This document shows, piece after piece, positions 57,327-64,000 of a stretch of 64,000 nt of DNA. The notes under the pieces are model-generated. The model ran no database searches. It saw nothing but the letters and a program-made list of their open reading frames with translations, and had not been told where the DNA came from. The translations under genes were made by a program, and so were the position numbers. Positions within the stretch are counted from its first letter, which is position 1, and each line of letters starts with the position of its first letter. Source of the stretch: an uncultured Bacteroidales bacterium (GTDB lineage: Bacteria; Bacteroidota; Bacteroidia; Bacteroidales; UBA10428); NCBI GenBank assembly GCA_964461435.1, contig CAYWUI010000007.1:7008-71007 (forward strand). Direction: 5' to 3'.

Positions 57327-59507
57327 ATGTATTATATCATTTCAGTTACAGATCAGCATATGCATAACTATTATGTCCCCAGGTTGCCGGTTCTTGCTTT
57401 ATTGCTTCTTTTTATTTTCATATTAAAAGGTTCCGGACAGCAACCTTATGCTAATACCCTGCTTCAGTATACCAGCCCCCGGAACGGATCAGCTTATGTG
57501 ACAAGGGAAAGTTCCATAATAATAAGGTTCAGTAAAAAAGTGCTTAAAGAATCTGTACCTGACTCAGCCATAATAGTTGCCGGCTCTGTAAAAGGCCGGT
57601 ACCAGGGCAAATCACACCTGTGTAAGGATGAAAAAACTCTTATTTTTGAGCATCATGATCCTTTTAAAGTTTCAGAAATAATAAATGTGACAGTGCCTGA
57701 TGGTTTATATACAACAGGCAGGGAAATGATTCCCGGCTTTGATTTTTCTTTCCATGTTACAAATAATAATGACAGCTGCAGGAATGCAGGGAACATTGGT
57801 AACACGTATAGTGAGACTTCAGAAATTCCGGATTTATATGAATGGCCGGCTGAATCATATAACGGCAGATTAAAATCAGCATATGACGACTTCCCCGCAA
57901 TATATTCTTTAAGAAGCGATAATCCTTCAGGAGGGTACTATTTCCTTGAAAAAAATTATGCGGGTTATTGCTATTTGATTATTATGGACAACTTCGGTAC
58001 CCCGATATTTTACAGGATCCTGGAGGATAATGCCCATAACTTTACCCTTCAGCCTACCGGATATCTTTCCTATTTTATTGAAAGTGAAAGAAGTTTTGAG
58101 ATTCTGGACAGTCTGTATCATGTTGCCGCTACCTACAGTATGAAAAACGGCTATGATGCTGACAGTCATGATTTCATCCTGCTGGAAAACGGACATTCAT
58201 TAATGATGGCATATGATCATCAGCTGGTTGCGATGGATAAGGTAATAGAAGGTGGTGATCCTGAGGCCACGGTGGTAGGACTGGTAATCCAGGAGCTGGA
58301 TGAGGAGCAGAATGTTATTTTTCAGTGGAGAAGCTGGGATCATTTCAACATCCTTGATACTGACGAATCTGTTGTTAACCTCACTTCAAAGTATGTTGAT
58401 TATGTTCACGGCAATTCCCTTGATATTGATTCCGACACGTCACTGCTTCTATGTTCAAAGAATCTGAACGAGGTAACAAAAATTAACAGGCTGACAGGTG
58501 AAATAATCTGGCGCCTGGGCGGCAAACATAACCAGTTCACCTTTATTAACGATGACCGGGGATTCTCAATGCAGCACTCTGCAAAAAAACTGGAAAACGG
58601 TAATCTGATAATTTTTGATAACGGGAAACTGGCAGAATCCGGATATTCCAGGGGCATTGAATATGAGCTCGATGAACAACATTATACTGTAACCCTTCTC
58701 AATGAATATAAGCATGATTCAAGCGTTTTCTCACCCCTGATGGGTAATATGCAAAGGTTACCCAACGGCAATACACTTATAGGCTGGGGTAAGAACCTGG
58801 GTGATTACGTTTGTACCGAATTTAACTCTTATGGTGCAATAACAAATGACATATATACAGATGATAATGTAAAAAGTTACCGGGTGTATAAATTTGACTG
58901 GAATCCGAAAATTATTGAGCCGGAGAAGGAGATTCTTGTATTTGATACTGTAAAACCATATAGTACTGACACAAAGGAAATAAGGATATTCAACAGGACA
59001 GATGAAAATATAATAATTAACGGCTATTCAAGGAGTAATAATCCTTTCTATGTAACGACCGCTTTTCCTGTTATAATTCCGCAAAATGACAGCCGTGTGC
59101 TGAAAATTAAATTCGTTCCCTTAGAGATTGGTGAGTTTAATGATATAATGACGATATACTCGGACGGACTGTCAGATAATAATGAGACACAAAGAATTGG
59201 AGTCCAGTTTAACATTAAAGGCGCCTCTTCCTGGGATGCTACCCCTGTAAAAAGATTACTGTCCCGCCAGAACAAGGAATTGCAGATATACCCTAATCCT
59301 GTCTCTGACCGCCTGTCAATATTCAATGCCGATAACATAGTCTACCTGGCAGTAAGAGACATACACGGAAGCGTGATTTTTTCAAAAGAAATCCGTGATA
59401 ACAGACTGACTGAAATAGACTGCTCAGGCTTCTATCCCGGAATATATATGCTGGAGTTAACTGACGGATCGGGCTTAAAATACTCCACAAAATTTATTAA
59501 GAGATAA
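57327..59507 (+). CDS. Paralogous ASST-family protein with rearranged architecture: N-terminal SbsA-type Ig domain + ASST propeller + PapD/HYDIN-like Ig domain + T9SS C-terminal sorting domain
   Basis: 726 aa. An alternative start is ATG 57360 (MHNYYVPRLPVLALLLLFIFIL...). The propeller core is highly similar to the upstream gene (VDYVHGNSLDIDSDTSLLLCSKNLNEVTKINRLTGEIIWRLGG, MQHS). The tail QIYPNPVSDRLSIFN...PGIYMLELTD...KFIKR is a T9SS CTD. Confidence 0.8.
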   Translation: MYYIISVTDQHMHNYYVPRLPVLALLLLFIFILKGSGQQPYANTLLQYTSPRNGSAYVTRESSIIIRFSKKVLKESVPDSAIIVAGSVKGRYQGKSHLCKDEKTLIFEHHDPFKVSEIINVTVPDGLYTTGREMIPGFDFSFHVTNNNDSCRNAGNIGNTYSETSEIPDLYEWPAESYNGRLKSAYDDFPAIYSLRSDNPSGGYYFLEKNYAGYCYLIIMDNFGTPIFYRILEDNAHNFTLQPTGYLSYFIESERSFEILDSLYHVAATYSMKNGYDADSHDFILLENGHSLMMAYDHQLVAMDKVIEGGDPEATVVGLVIQELDEEQNVIFQWRSWDHFNILDTDESVVNLTSKYVDYVHGNSLDIDSDTSLLLCSKNLNEVTKINRLTGEIIWRLGGKHNQFTFINDDRGFSMQHSAKKLENGNLIIFDNGKLAESGYSRGIEYELDEQHYTVTLLNEYKHDSSVFSPLMGNMQRLPNGNTLIGWGKNLGDYVCTEFNSYGAITNDIYTDDNVKSYRVYKFDWNPKIIEPEKEILVFDTVKPYSTDTKEIRIFNRTDENIIINGYSRSNNPFYVTTAFPVIIPQNDSRVLKIKFVPLEIGEFNDIMTIYSDGLSDNNETQRIGVQFNIKGASSWDATPVKRLLSRQNKELQIYPNPVSDRLSIFNADNIVYLAVRDIHGSVIFSKEIRDNRLTEIDCSGFYPGIYMLELTDGSGLKYSTKFIKR

Positions 59508-60210
59508 ACACAGTATTTATCAGGGAATTGTAATATTCAACAATCGTTTTAAGGTCAGCTACCTTATTTATTTTAAGATTATTTGACTTGATAAATGACA
59601 TTATCGCCGGGGAATAATTATCAAAAAACTTCATAAATCTCTTTTTATTACTGTTCACAAATAAAACTTTTTCTCCTTCCATTATGTACAGCTCTTCCTG
59701 AACATAATTATGATCAATTGACGAATATGCCCCGTATTTTACTTCACTTTCAGGCTTTGGCCTGTAAACATAGGTCTTTAATAATTTTGCTTCCCCGTCA
59801 TATAATATCTGCGCTATTCCATATAATTTTGAACCTGTTGCTTTAACATTAAGGTTGATAAACCTGTGACTTGCCCCTGCTTCATCTTCCCATGAAAATT
59901 CTTTTATTCTGTATAAATCCAGAATTTTTATCTCTCCGGAAAGCTGTATCTCGAGATTGTTATTCTTCAGATCATATTTAACAGGATAGTTTTCAATTGT
60001 CTGATTCGAAATAAGGGTAAATTTACCCATATGCCATTCATCATCGATGTAATAGGAATCATTACTTCCGGCCTCTTTGGTATTAAAATCTATAATTATT
60101 TCATACGGCGTTCCCAGTATTGTATAATCGTGGGGCGACCACTGGGAGTAAAGACAGCCAGTAAGAGATAAAAGTAACAAACCCTGCATAATACAATTTC
60201 CCCCGATCAT
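59497..60210 (-). CDS. Hypothetical lipoprotein or secreted protein (237 aa)
   Basis: The likely start is ATG at 60189 (MQGLLLLSLTGC lipobox). I recognise no motif. Its 3' end overlaps the convergent ASST gene by 11 nt. Confidence 0.55.
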   Translation of the reverse strand: MIGGNCIMQGLLLLSLTGCLYSQWSPHDYTILGTPYEIIIDFNTKEAGSNDSYYIDDEWHMGKFTLISNQTIENYPVKYDLKNNNLEIQLSGEIKILDLYRIKEFSWEDEAGASHRFINLNVKATGSKLYGIAQILYDGEAKLLKTYVYRPKPESEVKYGAYSSIDHNYVQEELYIMEGEKVLFVNSNKKRFMKFFDNYSPAIMSFIKSNNLKINKVADLKTIVEYYNSLINTVFIS

Positions 60211-60369
60211 GTTAATTGCTTTTTAATTGATTTAAATTTGTATATGTATATATTCCGGCCTCTTCAATAGTGACCTGTAAAATATTTTATAAAATTAATA
60301 ACATTTGTTCAATTTTTAAAAAATACATCTATTTTATCCTTCTTTTAAAAAATTTTCCCTGAATTTTAA

Positions 60370-60377
60370 TAGTTTTG
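60370..60377 (+). promoter_or_regulatory. Candidate -7 promoter box TAGTTTTG for the second SusC/SusD operon
   Basis: Exact TAnnTTTG match. The box ends 35 nt upstream of ATG 60413. Confidence 0.4.
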
Positions 60378-60412
60378 AATAATAATAAATCATTTATTAT
60401 GTTATCCATGTC

Positions 60413-63400
60413 ATGAATAAACTCTTTGTTTGCATATGCATCTTACTTTTTCTGCCGGCTCAGATTTTATTCTCCCAGACCCGCAATATTTCGGGAAGAG
60501 TCATCAGTTCGGAGGATAGCCTGGGCCTTCCCGGTGTTACGGTGATTGTAAAGGGTGCGGATATCGGTACTATTACAAACATTGAAGGTATGTACTCTCT
60601 TGATATTCCGGCAGAAAGTGATTCACTTGTATTCAGTTTCATCGGTATGCAGTCACTGGTAAAGGATGTACAAGGTAAGAACATAATAAATGTTACGCTC
60701 AGGCCAAAGTTATACGAGGTAAATGAAGTGGTTGTCACCGCGCTGGGAATAAAAAGGGCAAGCAAAGCCCTGGGATATTCCGCAACAAGTGTTTCAAGCA
60801 AGGATTTAACCGGGGGAAGGGACAGGAGCATGCTTAACTCCCTTCAGGGGAAGGTAGCAGGTGTAAATGTCAGTTCTGCTTCGGGGGCTCCCGGTGCATC
60901 CTCAAGGATACTTCTTCGCGGCATATCAACTCTGGGAGGTTCCAACCAGCCTCTTTTTGTTATTGACGGCGTACCTGTAAATAACAGCTATACAGGCAGT
61001 ACATCTATTAACGGAGGCACCGACTTTGGCAATAAGATTAACGATCTTAATCCCGATGATATTGAGAATATATCTATACTTAAAGGCGCCTCGGGTGCAG
61101 CACTCTATGGTTCAAGAGCAGCTAACGGCGTAATTATTATTACAACGAAAAAGGGCGAACAGCTTAAAGGAAAGAAAAAATCCGAAATTACTGTTTCAGG
61201 TTCAGTAAGATTTGAAGAGCCTTTACGGACAATAAAGTACCAGAATGAATTCGGGCAGGGAATATACGGTGATGCTGTTAACTATGAGAACATGAGCTGG
61301 GGCCCTGCATTTGATAACAAATTGCACTACTGGGGTTACGAGGTGGATAACACACTGAGGGTAAAGCCATATGTCGGTCTACCCAACAACGTGAGAGAAT
61401 TTTTCGATACCGGGGAAAATTATAATAACTCTATTTCCATATCAGGAGGTAATGAACAGACAACTTACTATATATCGTATTCAAATGTGATGCACGACGG
61501 TATATTTCCGACTAATTCCGACAGCTATAACAGGCATACACTGTCAGCCAGGGGTACCCATATAACCTCATCCAGGCTGAGCAGCTCATTTTCGATAAAC
61601 TACATAAAAAAGAACAATAAATCAGTTCCAACAGGACAGGGTGAAAACTCGGTATATAACCAGGTGATGCAGACACCCAGGGATATAAGCCTGCTGGAAC
61701 TTGAAGATATTGACAGCAAATGGAATAATCTTGACAACTATTACTCGTTATATACTGTGAATCCCTATTTTATTCTGAAAAAAAACGGGAATACCAATAA
61801 TGAAGACAGGGTATATGGAAGTGTTGACCTTGATTACCGCATTGCTGAGCCCCTGTCACTTAAACTGCGCCTTGGTGGTGATGTTTCCAATGAGCAGTTA
61901 AAACAATGGCGTGCTATAATAGAACCGGGAGGTAATAATGAGTTTTCTGCAGTATTCGAACCGGGCAGCGTAAGTGAGGGATCAAGTTATGTCATGCAGC
62001 TGAACAGTGACCTTATACTTAACTACAATAAGGAATTTGGGAACTTCAGCATAGATGCCATAATTGGCCATAACCTGAACCATAGGACTGTTAAAAGCAT
62101 ATCAGCATCGGTAAATGATCTTACTATACCGGACTTCTTCCAGCTAAAAAACTCATCCGAAACTCCTTTTGCCAGTGAGAGTTACGTGAAACGCAGGCTT
62201 GTTGGTGTTTTCAGCAGCCTGGATTTATCTTATAAAAGCATCCTGTTTGTTACTATGACAGCCAGAAATGACTGGAGCTCAACCCTGCCCCTTAAAAATA
62301 ATTCATTCTTCTATCCCGGGATTAGTGCCTCACTAATATTCACGGAATTATTTCCTTCGATCAGGAAACACTTTCCTTATGGTAAATTAAGAGCTGCTTT
62401 TACAAGGGTAGGTAACGATGCGCCGGTATATAGTATTCATTCTGTATTTGTTACCGGCGGTCATTCGGACGGGTATGGATATTTAAGATATCCTTTGCCT
62501 AACGGCGTAAACTCCTATGAAGTAAGTAACCTTATAGGAAATGAAGAGCTGAAGCCGGAGCTTACAACAGAATTTGAAGCCGGCACTGACCTCAGGTTCT
62601 TTAATAACCGCCTGGGCATTGATGTTTCATATTATGATAAAAACACAACGAATCTTATATGGCCGGCACCGCTTCCATCTTCGTCGGGATATACATACAA
62701 AACCGTTAACCTCGGAAAGATGACAAATAAAGGGGTTGAAGCCCTGCTTAATCTCACTCCTGTTCAGAGAAACCGCTTCCAGTGGGATATATCATTTAAT
62801 TATACTAAGAATAACAATAAGCTTGTAGAACTGACAGAGGGACTGGACAGGATTGAAATTACCGGAATAAGCGTTGAGGGCGGCCAGCAAATTAATTTCG
62901 TAGCCAAGCCGGGAAGGACCGTTGGCATATTTGAAGGACGTGAAGTAAAACGCGATGACCAGGGACGGATTGTGGTTGATAATACGGGTTTGCCAGTTGC
63001 GGCCGACTCCCTTGTTGAATACGGCGACAGGGAGTATAATTTTATTGCCGGTATCAATACAAAATTGTCATGGAGGGGGCTTTCAATATCCGGCACAGTT
63101 GACATAAGGCAGGGAGGAATCATGTATTCAAGGACAAAGGAAATTTCAGTATGGGCCGGTACCGTACCATTAACACTTTATAATATGAGAGAACCTTTTA
63201 TTATACCTAATTCAGTATATGAAACAGGAAGAGATGAGAATGACGAGCCCGTATACGCTGAAAACAATATACCAATTGATGCGGTTCATATAGTCGATTA
63301 CTGGGGAAACGGCGGTACCGAACTGGATGGTAATGCTTTAATTGATAAATCATACATAAAACTGAGGGAAGTTATTCTGTCATATTCCGTTCCTGAAAAG

Positions 63401-63598
63401 CTGCTGGACAAACTGCCGATAGAGACTATACAGCTTAGCGTAATAGGAAGAAACCTGTTATTGTGGACACCAAAAGACCAGTATTATATTGATCCCGAAC
63501 TTACAACATTCGGAAATGATCTGGAGGCTGACTTCGGAGAATATGGCGCACAGCCATCGGTAAGAAGCGTAACTTTCAGCCTCATTCTTACTTTATAA
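60413..63598 (+). CDS. SusC/RagA-family TonB-dependent outer-membrane transporter (second copy)
   Basis: 1061 aa. It has the same architecture as the first (ISGRVISSEDSLGLPGVTVIVKGADIGTITNIEGMYSL; plug NEVVVTALGIKRASKALGYSA). It has no STN domain and is clearly a diverged paralog. Confidence 0.95.
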   Translation: MNKLFVCICILLFLPAQILFSQTRNISGRVISSEDSLGLPGVTVIVKGADIGTITNIEGMYSLDIPAESDSLVFSFIGMQSLVKDVQGKNIINVTLRPKLYEVNEVVVTALGIKRASKALGYSATSVSSKDLTGGRDRSMLNSLQGKVAGVNVSSASGAPGASSRILLRGISTLGGSNQPLFVIDGVPVNNSYTGSTSINGGTDFGNKINDLNPDDIENISILKGASGAALYGSRAANGVIIITTKKGEQLKGKKKSEITVSGSVRFEEPLRTIKYQNEFGQGIYGDAVNYENMSWGPAFDNKLHYWGYEVDNTLRVKPYVGLPNNVREFFDTGENYNNSISISGGNEQTTYYISYSNVMHDGIFPTNSDSYNRHTLSARGTHITSSRLSSSFSINYIKKNNKSVPTGQGENSVYNQVMQTPRDISLLELEDIDSKWNNLDNYYSLYTVNPYFILKKNGNTNNEDRVYGSVDLDYRIAEPLSLKLRLGGDVSNEQLKQWRAIIEPGGNNEFSAVFEPGSVSEGSSYVMQLNSDLILNYNKEFGNFSIDAIIGHNLNHRTVKSISASVNDLTIPDFFQLKNSSETPFASESYVKRRLVGVFSSLDLSYKSILFVTMTARNDWSSTLPLKNNSFFYPGISASLIFTELFPSIRKHFPYGKLRAAFTRVGNDAPVYSIHSVFVTGGHSDGYGYLRYPLPNGVNSYEVSNLIGNEELKPELTTEFEAGTDLRFFNNRLGIDVSYYDKNTTNLIWPAPLPSSSGYTYKTVNLGKMTNKGVEALLNLTPVQRNRFQWDISFNYTKNNNKLVELTEGLDRIEITGISVEGGQQINFVAKPGRTVGIFEGREVKRDDQGRIVVDNTGLPVAADSLVEYGDREYNFIAGINTKLSWRGLSISGTVDIRQGGIMYSRTKEISVWAGTVPLTLYNMREPFIIPNSVYETGRDENDEPVYAENNIPIDAVHIVDYWGNGGTELDGNALIDKSYIKLREVILSYSVPEKLLDKLPIETIQLSVIGRNLLLWTPKDQYYIDPELTTFGNDLEADFGEYGAQPSVRSVTFSLILTL

Positions 63599-63626
63599 TT
63601 GTTACCGGTATTGTTAATAGAATAAT

Positions 63627-64000
63627 ATGAGAATTCATACTAAAATACAAAATACAGTCCTTTTACTTGTCGCTTTACTCCTCTTAGTGTCGTGTGAGGA
63701 CTGGCTTGATATTAACAAGGATCCCAATAATCCCGATGAAGCTAATGAAGAGCTGACCCTGGCAGCAGGAATATCATCCCTCGCCTATGTATATGGAGGC
63801 AAATACCAGGTTCTTGGAGCACTATGGTCACAGCACTGGACCCAGTCCCTGGGTGCATCTCAATATTCGGGACTGGATTCATACGATATAAACAGCAGCA
63901 CCTTTGATAACAGGCAGTTTGGTGAACTTTATTCGGGAGCACTTATGAATCTCGAGTACGTCAAAAACCTGGCCCGTCAAAACGGCAACTGGAACTATTA
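63627..64000 (+). CDS. SusD/RagB-family lipoprotein, 5' part only (runs off the right edge)
   Basis: Absent from the ORF track because it is open-ended. From ATG 63627 it reads MRIHTKIQNTVLLLVALLLLVSCEDWLDINKDPNNPDEANEELTLAAG..., the typical SusD lipobox and start. Confidence 0.88.
   Translation, partial: MRIHTKIQNTVLLLVALLLLVSCEDWLDINKDPNNPDEANEELTLAAGISSLAYVYGGKYQVLGALWSQHWTQSLGASQYSGLDSYDINSSTFDNRQFGELYSGALMNLEYVKNLARQNGNWNY

Noticed and set aside
48994-64000. The SusC/D-ASST region looks GC-richer by eye than the lepB/FKBP/hypothetical genes, which might hint at horizontal acquisition
   Set aside because: I did not compute composition. Conserved genes elsewhere in the window (thrS, V-ATPase A/B, trxB) look similarly GC-enriched relative to the AT-rich lineage-specific genes. 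There are no flanking tRNA, integrase or repeat boundaries. A sliding-window GC and codon-usage calculation would be needed before any claim.

Overview
The window looks like a low-GC Bacteroidota chromosome segment. The signs are SusC/SusD pairs, type IX secretion (T9SS) C-terminal sorting domains, a Bacteroidota-style 7-gene V-type ATPase operon, near-absence of Shine-Dalgarno sequences, and TAnnTTTG promoter boxes. About three quarters of it (1-48.4 kb) is densely packed core housekeeping. This part holds two tRNA-Leu genes, dpp4, thrS-infC-rpmI-rplT, dapB, tandem signal peptidases, nrnA and three FKBP isomerases. It also holds two phosphate transporters, the V-ATPase operon, an ornithine carbamoyltransferase, ftsK-lolA, trxB and the bamD-rpoZ-coaBC-DUF4835-recN block. 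I saw no CRISPR array, IS element, prophage or recognisable defence system. The last 15 kb is accessory-like. A SusC/SusD/lipoprotein unit is followed not by glycoside hydrolases but by two paralogous arylsulfotransferase (ASST)-family beta-propeller proteins. These have rearranged Ig-like domains and T9SS sorting tails. A second SusC/SusD pair follows. I consider this the most interesting locus. Other concrete anomalies: coaBC is split by a frame change located exactly at an A9 run that forms an A_AAA_AAA slippery heptamer. infC has no canonical start and appears to begin at ATA behind the only strong AGGAGG seen before any gene start I inspected. A four-gene island of uncharacterised secreted proteins, including an ankyrin-repeat protein with a beta-rich C-terminal domain, sits between the two phosphate transporters. 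All functional calls come from reading motifs in the supplied translations. No database search or computation was run.
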